A DNA stretch of 60,681 nt, counting the filler, from Nemertoderma westbladi (lineage: Eukaryota > Animalia > Xenacoelomorpha), in NCBI GenBank assembly GCA_032718475.1. It is 3 parts of 3 records of this genome, joined end to end, with 100 filler letters (N's around TTAATTAATTAA, not from the genome) between each part and the next. Parts side by side here need not be neighbours in the genome. Positions count along the whole stretch, not along the records: positions 19,656 to 41,234 come from JAUCBJ010005392.1; positions 41,335 to 60,681 come from JAUCBJ010002275.1; 1 more part is not named here. The stretch is one strand, 5' to 3'. The notes below the pieces were generated by a model. That model was not told the origin of the DNA, did not search any database, and saw only the letters and a list, made by a program, of their open reading frames with translations. This document shows, in pieces, positions 38,127 through 51,358 of the stretch (the stretch's first letter is position 1; each line of letters opens with the position of its first letter). Position numbers and translations under genes: made by a program.

Positions 38127-39230
38127 TGTTCGCGCTTTCAGACCTTTGGCAGTTTAACCCGCCAAATTAGGATGTCTTCTAGATAATAAATCACCTTTAG
38201 TCTATGACAAGTATTTAATTCACTACACTAGTCGAAACCAATCTGTGCGCGATCATTCACCCGCTGGATATACCCGGGAGATTGGGTTCGACGGCTTAAT
38301 CTTATTGCTATGTAAGCCTAATGTATTATTCGACTGACAGTATTATATAATCTCTGACAATATTATTCACCTTCGGGAAATATTAACAGTTCCTTTAGGA
38401 CGTGGCGCTCTATCTATATAAACAGAGTTATGACTTAAACTACTCACAACGATATGGCTTAGTTATAATTCACATATATGGCGCATTCTTTAGGAAATGC
38501 TTCGTTATCAGGTTCACTCATACACAATGCTGCACAATACTGCACACTGATCTGCCGATCTTCACTGATTTTAGTTATATATAAAAGGAACACGGACCGA
38601 ATCATGTAGGGTCTATCAAATAACATTAGATTCACTTCAAACCACTTTAACATAAGTCACAATTGTTATATGTAACCCTTCTCTCTTACCTTCGGTATAT
38701 CAAGAATATTGGGTTTCGGGGTTATTTATCGTTATTCCAAATATAATAATTCATCAACCATATTATGAAGAACTGACAGCAAATAGCAGTATAACAATAT
38801 AAAGTATGCACAGGTTGTTTGATTAGGTATGGTATGTTATGTTGTGATAAATGCAGTGATCAGACATCAGATAACGGATATATGTCCTTATAATTAAGCC
38901 TACTAGTGTAAGACTAAAAACTGAAAACACGGAGGTGCCAAAAGCCGGTTCTTAGGCTCTGGGCAAAAACATAACACTGAACTACTGAGTTTCTGTATAC
39001 ACCTCCAACACAGAGACAACAAACGCTCTGATTGGTCAACCTGAACAACGAGAGAACAAAGAAACAAAGAAACGTCGACGTGGCAATATCAGCTGCTAGC
39101 CGTCGTCATGGTAGCGACACTGTTTTCAAAAGTATCCAGCTATTGCGTCACGAGATTGTGGATTATGTCCTCTAAAGTACAAATACAGTACAAATACATA
39201 AGAAATGACTTTTATGTCCTCTAAAACACC
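38127..39230 (+). ncRNA. Structured non-coding repeat family, copy A
   Basis: Highly similar reverse complement of about 58840-59968; begins abruptly at TGTTCGCGC; stems at 38231-38244/38279-38292 and 38347-38356/38423-38431. Confidence 0.5.
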
Positions 39231-39350
39231 AGTACAGCAAGGACACGGCCTTTTTATGCCTGGCAAACCAACTACAGAGTACTTTAAGGGAAAATAACCG
39301 GCTAATTACGCAAAAGCTTTTACACCGCTCCCAGAAAATGGGATTTAAGT

Positions 39351-40766
39351 CTATAAAATATAACAAATCACAGTTTCTAAAATATAAAGATACTCTAAAC
39401 AGTTAGTCTTTCTTACGCAGACGGCGTTTACGCAGTTTTTTGAGGCTAGCAAGAGTCTTTTTCTCTTTGGGGGGAGCCACTTTACTAGGAGGGCCATAAC
39501 TCCTGGGTGAAGGGTGCAATATGATTGCATCAGAAGGTGTAGGATTGTGGTCGAGGTATCTGCCGTTTCGATATGCTTCTCCTCGAGCTGATTTTCCTCC
39601 GCTCGTAGCTGGATACGTTCATCCAAAAACTCTCGCAGAGAATAGGATCGTCCAAGTTCGATAACTTCTTAGAGATTCTGGATTTCCCAATCGAATTGAG
39701 ATAAGGCCAATTCGTTTATCGATTGGACTTACTGTTATAACTTACGTTTATCTGAACAAACGCAGGTTTCCTTTTTGATCTTTATAGAATAGCGTTTAAC
39801 TCGTTTCGTACAACGCTCTCCTTCACCTTGATGAGGGGTTGTATCGCGTTAAACGGGGACGACCATACGGTTGGATAGTGATATTAGGTGTCCGCGTCAC
39901 AATCCGGCTAGGTAAGATGGGCGGCTAGCTAGAAATCACTGTCGGAGTGTTACCGATTAATTGTTAGGGTAGCACTAGATCTTTGAACAGTGAATACAGT
40001 CCGCGAGGATCCGCGACACCACCAGGATCGCAGGTCTGAGGTCCAACTAAGGAATGAGGAGGTTTGACCGAGTATTCCGGGACTCTGATCGTAGGTTTAC
40101 TCCAGGATCGTTCGAGCCGAGTGAGCATAGGTGATACGTCAACAAGTTTCGGTTTACGTGGATGTTTATGTCTTTCCGTTTATTAGTTGGGTCTAGGGCA
40201 TTTATCGTAATAATACCAAAGACGCACGTCTGGTAGGGTAAACGCGGGTGATATTTATTTGTTGTTACAATGCTTCTATCAAGAATTCCAAATATACGTT
40301 GGAGTTACCGCGTCCATTTGTTTCTTTAGTGTCTTTTCTTTCGAGTCGATTTCGAATAGAATTTTCGCATTCGAATTTCAGTTTATGGTTCCGACTCCGC
40401 TGGGCAGGATATATAGTCGACATAGTCCGTATTGTGTAAATCGATAGGATGACCAGTAGTTAAGAAGCCCATATACGTACCATTACGCTGCGTATATCGA
40501 GCAGCGAATTTTCTATAGTCCAACTCACGCGTGAGCTGCTCTTGGGACATTGGCGGTTCGATATAACGACCATCGTCCTCCGCAGCAGTTGGACTAACGT
40601 CGCCGCGTATTAAGCTATCAACAAACGCTTGTAAAAGTAGAGTATATCGCTCCCCGATACCAAGACCATCTTCTATCAACTCCGTCATATCTGCTATATA
40701 TGAGTTTATCCATATTATAATGAGTTTATATTTAGGCGAGCGGGCGTCGCTGCCTACCCCAATCAA
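39351..40766 (-). pseudogene. Degraded intronless orphan coding region; weak F-box-like motif near the C-terminus
   Basis: CpG-rich segment with collinear minus-strand ORF pieces (40383-40766, 39351-39626, and readable frames between them). LHPGVMALLVKWLPPKRKRLLLASK loosely fits F-box spacing. Confidence 0.35.
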
Positions 40767-41234
40767 CCCCCGGACAGTACGAGATCCTCAGCGCCGATGT
40801 GTCGTCGCCGCTGTACTTTCGCCAACGACGTAGCCGCACAACGACAACGACAACCGGCACAAGTCACTCAACTGTCCGTCCCAAAGGCTTAGATGTACTT
40901 CAGGTTTTCCTTGGAGAGTTAGGTTACTTTTACGATTGCGACTAGCTACTGTAAACACACCTTAGCAGTAACATTCACCTATAAACTCACAAATACCACA
41001 CAACTGGTCACAACTACGCACATTCGGGCCATTTGTCCGTTAGTCAATGCCTTCCAGAATGTCACTGTATTATTATGTATCCTTGGATACTAGTAGTGCG
41101 CTATTTATTCCCTATGCTATTCAATGGGACAAGCTTTCTATTGTTCTTTTAACTCAATTCTAATTCTAGCGTGGTTGTTGCTATGGTGACATTATGCAAA
41201 GCTAGCGGTAGAATTAGGGTAATTCCAATGCATA

Positions 41235-41334
41235 NNNNNNNNNNNNNNNNNNNNNNNNNNNNNNNNNNNNNNNNNNNNTTAATTAATTAANNNNNNNNNN
41301 NNNNNNNNNNNNNNNNNNNNNNNNNNNNNNNNNN
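41235..41334. other. Artificial assembly linker
   Basis: N-run, TTAATTAATTAA, N-run. Confidence 0.95.
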
Positions 41335-42249
41335 TTTGTGTACAGGTATTTTGGATGGTTTCCAACCTAATCCGCATTGGTTCATTTGAAATATTTAATG
41401 AGTAATAAAATTTTATATGTGCACGAAAAGTACCGAAAAGTCTCATTTTTTTAAATTTTTGAGCCCGAGAGGGCCATGAAGACGAAGTCCAAAAATAAAA
41501 ATATTTGCATACAACGTTTTTAGATGGTATATCACATTTCCCATACCGGTTCAACAGCGAATTCGAAAAAAAGTAAAAATGATCCGCCCTAGTAAACATG
41601 TGTTACAAGATCCTATGCAGTTTAGTAAACTCACAATTAATCATAATAATATATGTGGTGGTAGGCAGGCCATTACACAATACATTATTTACACTTTTTA
41701 CCGCGAAGTTTCGATTTAGTTACATGTTGAGGCTAGCCTTGATGTGTGGAGCTTGCACCTGTTTAATTTCATCAGGAGAAATGCCTCCAAATCTTCTTGA
41801 GTCAACGTACTGCATAGACGAGTTAAAATAAGCTTTAACTGATAAAACACTCATTCACAGCAAACCTGATAAAATTTAGTTATTACAATAAAATTACCTA
41901 CAAAAGAATACAGGTAATTAATTATGTAGGCTACTGAGCTTCAGTAATTAGTTTCAGTTTCAATATTTTAAAACAAACACAGTTTTCTATAATTCTATTT
42001 GTAAATTTTATATATTTATTATTATGAGTGGTAAATTCTATTAAGACAAATTATGTGTTTGTCTTTCTCACATTACCTAGGTCATGGGCAGAGTTAGAAC
42101 TGTTCTGTAAACCATGCAGAGAGTCTCATATGCTGAGGAGAAAAAATTTTATTCTACCATAACCTTTAATCAACCGACTTTGCAGTCGCCAAGGCATTTC
42201 CCAGGATGTTCCACACATATATCTTCATCACATTCATCGACATCAGTTG

Positions 42250-42690
42250 TTATTGGTATGTATAGAATCATAGGTTGTTTGAGTAGGGACCATTCATTGG
42301 CAAATTGAGAAAGTTCACTTCTAAATCTGTTCAAATCAAGATCAGGAAGGATGGTGAGAAATCATTTTAAGTGTTCTACCATCAATAGTTCATTATCTGA
42401 CGATGTTTTGCTAAAGTTCTTTGGATCAAAGAGTTCTAAGCTCTGATACAATTTTCCATGTTTGGAAAAGCGGTTGTCAGTTTGATGAATAGCTGTATCT
42501 ATAACAACATTGGACTTGCTTTGCACCCTTGCTTTGAACTTATCGTTAGGATCTTGAAAAGGTTCATCTCTTGCCATTTTGCCTGGCATTTTTTTTTTCT
42601 GGCAACGTTTATTTTGCAATATCAAACTTGCTAGACTTAGAAGGGCCTGGGAATTTTCACGAACAGATGTATGGCCCCACCAGGCCAATG
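42250..42690 (-). pseudogene. hAT transposase remnant (ZMYM1-like)
   Basis: KKKMPGKMARDEP...F...NVVIDTAIHQTDNRF...LFDPKNF is typical of the region before the hAT dimerisation domain. Confidence 0.7.
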
Positions 42691-43099
42691 ATTCTCACTT
42701 ATTTTTAGCAGTTGATATAATTAATTTCATATCTGGTTGATCTGGTTAATTGGCACAAAATGTGAAAATTTATTTACGAATGATGGCATATTTTACATCA
42801 TTACAATCGAATTTTTATGCTGATTTCGAATCTGACATCAGAAAATATAGACAGTTATGTGGTCAAAAGTTATTAAAGGAAAATCTGTTTTGTAGACCAT
42901 GGTATACAATAATACTCCCCAAGGTATACATAATTTTCAAGGTATACAATTTTATGACATATGTATGTCATATGTGTAGACCTTTGGCACTCACTTTATG
43001 GATTTCAAAGAAATTTGATTCCAAGAGGTACTTAGTTAGTAGCTACGTAGTTTTACATTCGTTTTCTAGATCTTTGTAAAAATGGTCAAATTAGACCAT

Positions 43100-43600
43100 G
43101 GAGTAATTCTAATATGATCGTTGATGAACTGAATAAAGCCAGAAGAGTTTAGAATATTAATGTACCGATTAGTTTTGTCATAGTTTTTCAGGAGGTCTGT
43201 GTTCATGTCTCCAGTGATAATTACGTCCAGTTTATGTTCGGCTATAGAGGTGAGAGTAGTTTCAAGTGCAGATAAGAAGTTATCAGTAGAAATAGCTCCG
43301 GTGCTGTAAATAGCGCCTACAAGTAGAGGTTTAGTGGTGGAGTGAGCACGTCTAATTTCAACCCATGAGCTTTCGTGGCCGTCAACATGAATGTCATTTC
43401 ACTGTGCTACTTCTAATGTATTTTGACAAAAATAGCAGTTCCGCCTCTGTAGAGCTTGCCATATTTACGATTATCTACGAGAGGAGTTCGATACCCATAC
43501 AGTTTAATTTAGTTAAGATCAGTATCATCCAGGAGAAAAGTTTCCAAAAATGTTAGGACGTCAAAATTGTTATTAAGTGTGAGGAGAAATTCCGATATTC
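43100..43600 (-). pseudogene. Degenerate LINE APE endonuclease
   Basis: Manual translation gives FDVLTFLET...GY...RGGTAIFVK...LVGAIY...VIITGDMN. Confidence 0.65.
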
Positions 43601-43939
43601 AATTAGGGTTTTTGATAGACTATGACAATTTAAAATTGAAAATGCTAATTTATTTAAATTTTTAAATTCTTTATTAAAAGATAATTCAGTAAATGTCCCA
43701 CCGTTTACGTTAGTGTTTAATTTGTTATTATCGGGGTCTTAGGGGTTATCAGTTGTTTTTATTACATCGAAAATATCACACAGTCATGTGATAGAACATT
43801 TTGGAAAGGAAATGTAGTTATTGCAGTAAATACAGGAAGGTTCGATTGTAGTATGGTCCCTCAATTCGGTGTCAGGCAGGTGGTGCCACAGAGTATATGA
43901 AAGTTTGAAGTAGTTCCTCGCCCTGAGCACCGTCGTATG

Positions 43940-44198
43940 CATAATAAAGGAAGGATAAAGTGATCTTTAGGTGCCGCTGTAATTATATTATATAAATGCC
44001 AGATATTTCAACCAAAAATTGTAAACAAATACAATTAAACAGGCCTTCTTCGATTCAATCCAGGCCAATTAGGCACCAGAGCCACTGAGGAAGGCCTGTT
44101 TAATTGTATTTGTTTAAAATTTTTGGTTGAAATATCTGGCATTTATATAATATAATTACAGCAGCACCTAAAGATCACTTTATCCTTCCTTTATTATG
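43940..44198. repeat. Fold-back with ~110-bp near-perfect arms
   Basis: cataataaagg...aggccttcttc pairs with gaggaaggcct...cctttattatg across a spacer of about 35 nt. Confidence 0.9.
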
Positions 44199-44756
44199 AT
44201 TATATAAAAGTGTTTACAGCATAGGGCACATATAAATTGTTGGTCCAAGGGACAAACTTAGAAAAGCAAAAATAGCAATCGGGATTTATAGCTCCAGGGG
44301 AAAAGGGATAGGGGCAGGATATGGACATCTAACTAAGGAAGTGCACACAGTTGTATAACTCCAGTATACAAATACCAACAGCGGCGGTGGGTTGACTGGC
44401 AATCTCTGCCACGTTCTCTCTACAATATATATATAATGTGCAAACGCACCAGGCAAGAAATAAAAAAAATCAGAGATGATGCCTGGCAAGGTTAATAACA
44501 AAAGCAATGCATGGCCATATTTCCATATAATTTAAGTGGTAGAGTGCTGGCCAGAGCCAGAGCCAGAAGAAGAAGCAGAAGAAGCAAAAGCCAGAAAAAT
44601 ATATGAGGAAACAAAATATTAAATATTAAACCCCGATGTATGAGGAAACAAAATATTAAACCCTGGTAGGCCTACCTGAATCGGCGTATTTTCATATATA
44701 ATATATAGGCCTAGTGCTGAAATATGTAGGTTGGTATAAAGAACAAAAAATATAAA

Positions 44757-46260
44757 ATTATTATTATTATTATTTTAATTTAATCCAGGCCACACGGGTC
44801 CATAGTAAAAACACAATAATTACATACACTACACATAATTTTACAGTTACAGTTTACCTACAAATACAGTTATTCTCACGTAATAGCACAGATTTAATAT
44901 AAATTTAATTGCACATGATTTATAATATACTAGTTAGTTAACCAGCCAATCGGCATGTACTATATACCGCACATACAATTAAATTATCCGCTTGCACACC
45001 CTAGATATCAAGCTAGCTATGGAGCGATGTCGGATGTGAATAAACATCGGTAAATTTAATTGTACACATGTTAAGCTTATACTGGTGGGTTCTCTATCAG
45101 CAAATCTCGGAATATTGAAAAATAAACGAATAGAGTTATTATATGCCACTCTAATTTTGTTATATATACTATCAGAGTAGTGCTGACCCGCCCATATAGT
45201 GCATTACCATAGATCTGGGTGCAAAATGCACGAAACAGCACTACTCTGACAGATAAGCTGGCCGAACCAAACTTCCTAATTAATGTATTAGCTCTCGCAT
45301 ATAATAATTGCATTCGCCGTTTGATGTCAAAATCATCATCGGTGGTGCTATGCAATATGCCTAAGTAATTAAATATATCGACAATATCAACAGGTTTACC
45401 GTACAAATATATTCGCCCCGGTGAAAAATATGCACTACACTTATGAATGAAATATAAACATTTCGTTTTCTTAATATTAAATGTTATTGAGTTTACAGTA
45501 GCGAACCGTTCGGCTAGATCAACAAGGCGTTGCAACCCAACAATAGAATTAGATATAATACACATATCATCAGCGTAGATAATGTGATTCACCCTAGCTG
45601 TACCCATTAAGCAACCCAACCCGCTAGACGTTAAAGCGCTACTTAAATCATCAATATACACATTAAAAAATATGGGGGAGCTAATGCCACCCTGGCGGGT
45701 ACCATTAGTAACCCTAAACCTACTAGATATCATACCGCCCCAGCTTACTTGCATATGCTGATCCCTATCTATACCAGTACGCTATAAGCCTAACTATATA
45801 TACCGTTCTCTATTAACTTGCGAAATAAAATAAAATGATTTATCTTGTCAACCCCGTGATAAATAATAGTTTATGATTTCCTTCAATGTATAAATACATA
45901 GCTCCGTACCTAGCTATGGCTTAAAGCCAAATTGGTTTGCAGAGGTACCTAACTTCTAACAATTTAGTGCATGCACCAAAAATAAAGTGCTCGGCGGAGA
46001 GTCCGTCTGGACCTGAAGCTTTCCCCTCTGAGAGCTGACTAAGGGCACCAAATACTTCATTCACAGAAACCCTGGGTATATGCCAGCCTGCATTATTGTT
46101 AAATTTATTATTAACATAACCAAATTCACTATCATCATTAACACTGTTATATAAGTTATTAAAATGGGATTGCCACATATTGCATATATTCTCAGCACCA
46201 ACAGCCACTCCGATATTAAACCGATAATATAAAAACCTATACTATAAGGTACACAAGCCT
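44757..46260 (-). mobile_element. Degenerate RTE-X-like LINE
   Basis: GKASGPDGLSAEHF, NGTRQGGISSPIFFNVYIDDL, YADDM, LYARANTLIRKF; (AAT)n tail at 44757-44773. Confidence 0.8.
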
Positions 46261-46332
46261 CCATTAATCGACAAGACAACACATCAAGAGAAAAAGAGCA
46301 AAAACATACAAAAAACAGGGTGTAAACGTTAC

Positions 46333-46575
46333 GCCGACAGCCGAAAACCGACAGCCGACAGCTGACAACCAACAACTGACAACCGACAGCTGACAACCAA
46401 CCACCGACAGCCGACAACCAACAGCCGACAACTGACAGCCGTCGACCGAAAACCGACAGCCAGCAACCGACAACTGACAACCAACAGCCGAAAACCCACA
46501 GCCAGCAACCGACAGCCGACAACTAACAACCAACAGCCGACAACTGACAACCGACAGCCGACAACCGACAACCAA
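46333..46575 (+). repeat. Degenerate 7-bp tandem repeat (CCGACAG/CTGACAA/CCAACAG)
   Basis: Visible 7-bp periodicity. Confidence 0.9.
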
Positions 46576-46797
46576 ATCCGAAAACCATTATTAGCGGTAA
46601 TTAAATAACAACAATAAAAAGAGCAATTTGGTGAAGAAAAATATTAATAAACTGTAATAATCATTTCTAAACGAATTTGAGCCTTGTGTTCTTTTAAACT
46701 CTATACTTATAAAATAAATTAAGAGTACATTATTTAAGATAATGAACTATCTTTAACACCGATATCAGATTATTAAATACACTACCAATAATTTAAT

Positions 46798-47264
46798 GTG
46801 CCCATGTGAAGAATACAAGACTTTCTGCCGTTATATTTCACTTTGCAGTTACCCCCATGTGAAGAATACCAGGTTTTCACCAAAAACACAGGTTACTGAA
46901 TCTAACCACTGAATCTAACCAAAACAATAAACAAATTAGTTTGTACAGGTTATAACGCCAATGTGAAGAATACCAGAATTTCACTTTTCGGTCGACTTTT
47001 TATAGGAATTTTATAAATGAAGATTTTTTATTTTTTTAAATTTATCTTTATAGCGCTTATTTCTGTCTTATAACCTGTACATATACTAATTTGTTAGATT
47101 CAGCCCTTCTGTAACCAGTGTTTCTGGTGAAAACCTGATATTCTTCACATGGGGGTAACTGCAAAGTGAAATATAACAGCAGAAATTCTGGTATTCTTCA
47201 CATGGGCCGGTTATAAGACAGAAATAAGCGCCCCTGGTAAACCTGGTATTCTTCACATGGGCGC
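46798..47264. mobile_element. MITE with reiterated CCCATGTGAAGAATAC motifs
   Basis: The motif occurs three times forward in the left half and three times inverted in the right half. Confidence 0.75.
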
Positions 47265-50200
47265 ACGCATGACGATATACTTGATGAATACTGACTATCC
47301 ATACATAACACAGTAATGTTAGAGTATCAGAGTTTATTGGAAGGTCATGTTGCTTGACTTGAGTCATTTACTTAATAGCACTAGCTGCCTAACGAAACAG
47401 GCTGGCACGGTTAAGCATTGGATTACTTTGCTTGTAACATGCTCCTTTTACTTTTACACCACAAACCGCCAATAATGACGTAAACTTTCCAATTGGTCCG
47501 TTATGGGACTACTCTACTCAATGAATGTATTGCATAAGAAGGGTACCAAACTAAAAAAAGTCACACAGTATACCATGTATGTCCCGGAATATAGTGTCGT
47601 AATTCAGTGACCCCCCCCCCCCCCCCCCAACGGCCCCCCTAATTTTTCTACAAATCTTAATGAGATTTCATGAAATTTGAAACAGGGATTGTTTTCATTT
47701 CCCGACCTCTTACTGGGTAAGCCAGAATTTTTCTTTTTGCTTTCAATCTTTAGCTACAAGCGTTTAAAAAAAGTGTTCTCACCGCAGTTATTCTTCTACC
47801 TTATAGCTGTTATTTGGTACAGCTAGAAAACTGGCCATGCAAGGATTCCAAATATGTAGCACAACCTGAATTTCGTTGAAAAATAGCTGAGGGGGGCGTT
47901 CAAAAAATGCATTGTTTTGCATCAGCGCTAGGCTATTTTATTATATTTAGTAATACACGGGGGGGGGGGGGGGGTACACCTCCCTATGGAGCTTTTTTTT
48001 CAAATGGCTATAATTTCTGCTTCTGGATACTTTTATATATTTTAAACCTTTCGGGGGATTAACATATAGCCAAAGATTGGGTTCAAATAAAATATTCTCA
48101 AATTTGCGTCGCCCTCTAGCAGCCACCAGCGAAATTGTTAATTTCACTAAAAACACCTATAGTCTCACAATTTTGGGTGAAAATTTTCGAAACTTGGTTT
48201 ATCTGAATCAGCATCCTCGGCTCCACAGTACTTATCGGTGAGATTTTTTGTTTAGTTCTTAAATTTTTTTTAAATATTATTAACTAATATTAATCAGTAT
48301 TATTTATATATTAACTAATTTTAATAAAATAATATGGCACAATTCAAAATTATAACTGATAACTTTTGATCCAAACCCGAAGAAAACAAATCAAACAAAA
48401 AAATTTTTGAAAATTGGTTAATAAATGGCCGAGTAGTAGTATTTTAAATGTGAAAAATACATTTCCGAGATAAACGCATTTAAAGTTCAAGAACATATAT
48501 TTCAAATGTTCCCGCTATTTTCATGTACTGTATCTCCCTTTCTTTTCCCATTGTTTACACCTACCCATTTTGTAATTTCTCAATGAATTTTCATGAAATT
48601 TGGTACAAATAAACCCATCCCAACTGTTAAAAAGCTTCCAATATTTTAGAGTGCTACCCAAAAAACCTTTCGCGCAGCACGTGAACAAATTTCATGTTGG
48701 CATTTAGTATTTGGCATAAGGAATTATGCAGAAAAAAAATACTAGGTTATTATTGTTGCATTGTTAGTATCATTAGGGAATACCTATTGCAACAATCTAC
48801 ACAGTCTAGTCAAGGTGTTTAGGGGGGATCATGACCTACTATAACACGACCCGGAATGCTGCTGCAGGCGTAAAAATTTAGTGGGGTAACTTTCAACTTT
48901 AATAACTTTTTTCCACTTTATCTGCTGGTCACAAAAATTTCACTAATTATAGATTAGTAAATTTTTTACCTTTTGAGGAAATTTTTTTTGCTGCCAATTA
49001 CCATAGCAACCAGTAATGTCATTTCAATATCTACATTTATTTTGCATTTTACAACTGAACACTTATATCGATTAAGTCAAAACTTGAATCAGGTATAGTA
49101 TGGTTAGTTGCCAATATTCTGTGTAGGTTTTAACATCACCTAGTTACCATAGCTACCAGCAGCGACGATTTAAAATATACACTTTTCACCTATATTTCAG
49201 ATAAAAAGTTAGAATTTTTCTTTTTAAGAAATTCAATATGCTGATCAAGATAATAATATATCGTCATTTCTTGCGCGCCGCCGGGTGGGGGGGGGGGGGG
49301 GGTGTATATTTTGTACTTAAGGTTGCCATAGCAACTGGTATTCAAGTTTAAATATGTATTTATTGGAATATTCTTATTGCTACTGACATACCTTCATGAA
49401 AAATTATTGGTTTGTATAATTGTAACAAATTTATAAAATTATTTTACTACCTGGTTACCGTAGTAACCATCAAAACTATGCTTTATAATAATTTTCAACA
49501 ATTTCTATAATTTATTATTCCTCAGCACTTTTAGTCACTACTACTGGTATCAACGAAATATTATTAATTAAACTTTACCTTTTAATTTTACTTCTAGAAG
49601 AACGATTGCTTGTCTGTCCGTACGTTGAGCTGACATTCACCAAGGATTTCATCGTTCTCTATATTGTTTCGTTGATAATCGTTCTTGCTTCATCGAAGGT
49701 TTCCTTGTTGTAAAGGAACTTAGTCAATCCTATGTCGGAAAATCTATTACAAAATCAATCCATAGATAAAATTTGTTAAGTCTAGCCTGAAATGTATACA
49801 ATCTACTGAGGTGAAAAGTGCTTTATCGGCATAGTCGTCCGTTGTTAGAGGTTCCAAAATAATATTATTCTCATCTGCAAATTTATAAACTATTATTTTT
49901 TGAAATGACTTGACAAGGCTATTCTTAGATCGAATGGGAATTCTTGCATTTTTCGTTATTTAAACTATTACTACAACTTTAGGTAGAAGACATTTACTAA
50001 TTATATGTAAATAATATGGGTTGTCTTGTACACAATATTTGAATTCCAGAATTCATAAGCAATTGTAGCTACTTAAATGTGTTGATGCATGTATACTTAT
50101 TAAGGCATTACCGGTAAAGTTTCCATCTTGGCACTTTTTCTATCTTTGTTTGCCTATAATAGGCCTATGTAATATATTATCAGTATTGTTTTTATTGTTC

Positions 50201-50810
50201 TAGAACAATTACTATATCTTCTATCAGATAATTATAGCTATTAATTTTTAGTTAAAACACCTCTTTTTATTGGTACTTTTCTGCTATGGGTGACCCACCC
50301 ACTTTTTTGTAACGGTACTAGCTTGTGTTCTTTGTCTTCTGGAACATCATGCGACCAAAAAATGTATATTAAATTTTTTTGGTAGCTAGTATTTTTTGAC
50401 TAGCTCGTGTTTTTGGATAAAATATTTTTTGTGGAGAATTGATTTTTTCATGAATGCTAGTATTTTTGAAAATAGTAGCGAATTGGAAAAATGCTTTTTT
50501 TCTCAAATTTTTTTTTATTCTATGTGTTTATTAAAACTTGTATTAAATGTATTTTTCATCAATGTTAGTATTTTTGAAAATAGAAACCTATTTGGAAACT
50601 GTCAATTTTAATTTTCTTATTTATATATTTTTTATAATATTAAATAAAAAAAAACTAGTAAAAATAATTAAGTGGTTGTGAATAAATTTTTTAAAGTCAT
50701 TTCTGTTTATTAACTAATTATTACATTATTTTTACCCAAAAAAACCTAGTTGGTATGAGTGTTATATTCTAGAACCATTTAAAACACTACGTTAAAAGTT
50801 ATTTAATAGG

Positions 50811-51358
50811 CCTATGTTCGGTTTCCCTTCGCATGACTCAGCCCAGTATAAAAACTGGATCGTTTTCATGGGATATGGTAGTGATTGGACACCTGGTCCT
50901 TCAGCAAAAATATGCATCCTTCATTTTGACAGTAATAAACAAAGACCGACGCTCACGAAAGAGGCTTACCCAACAATACACCCTGAGTGTATTCCAACAT
51001 CTTCAGAACCATTACACCACCATCAAGAAAGCGTCCAGCTATAAGAGAATTCCAGCCAGATGAATTGGAATTATTTTCAAAAAAATGCAAAATAGAAACT
51101 CTTAATGATATCCAAAGGTATTTCAATGAAAATAAATTTTTCAATGACTTTGAAATACGAGTATGGAGTGATGGAGAAAAATTAACTGCATTTAGATTGG
51201 AACTAGGTGATATCACAAAGGTGAAGGAATGCATAACAATTGATAAAGAATTGCATGTTAAGCTGTCGCATGATGGAGTTCCAGTTCCCAACCCAGTTTG
51301 GCTAAGGTATAAAAATATTGACAATCTTCATTTTATTTCACGGCATTTTTTAACTTAA
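50811..51358 (+). pseudogene. THAP-domain coding remnant, probably transposon-derived
   Basis: FGFP...W......ICILHF...L...AYPTI matches the C-terminal THAP (C2CH) signature; preceded by an acceptor-like ttaatag; frameshift into ORF 50987-51358. Confidence 0.65.

Noticed and set aside
38127-38584. Protein-coding reading of the conserved repeat (ORFs 38402-38584, 59508-59690, 25508-25813), including with stop-codon reassignment
   Set aside because: Copies differ by 1-nt indels between conserved blocks, so no frame is shared.
46061-46575. Cys/Val-rich ORFs (VVGCRLS repeats)
   Set aside because: They are translations of a 7-bp tandem repeat.
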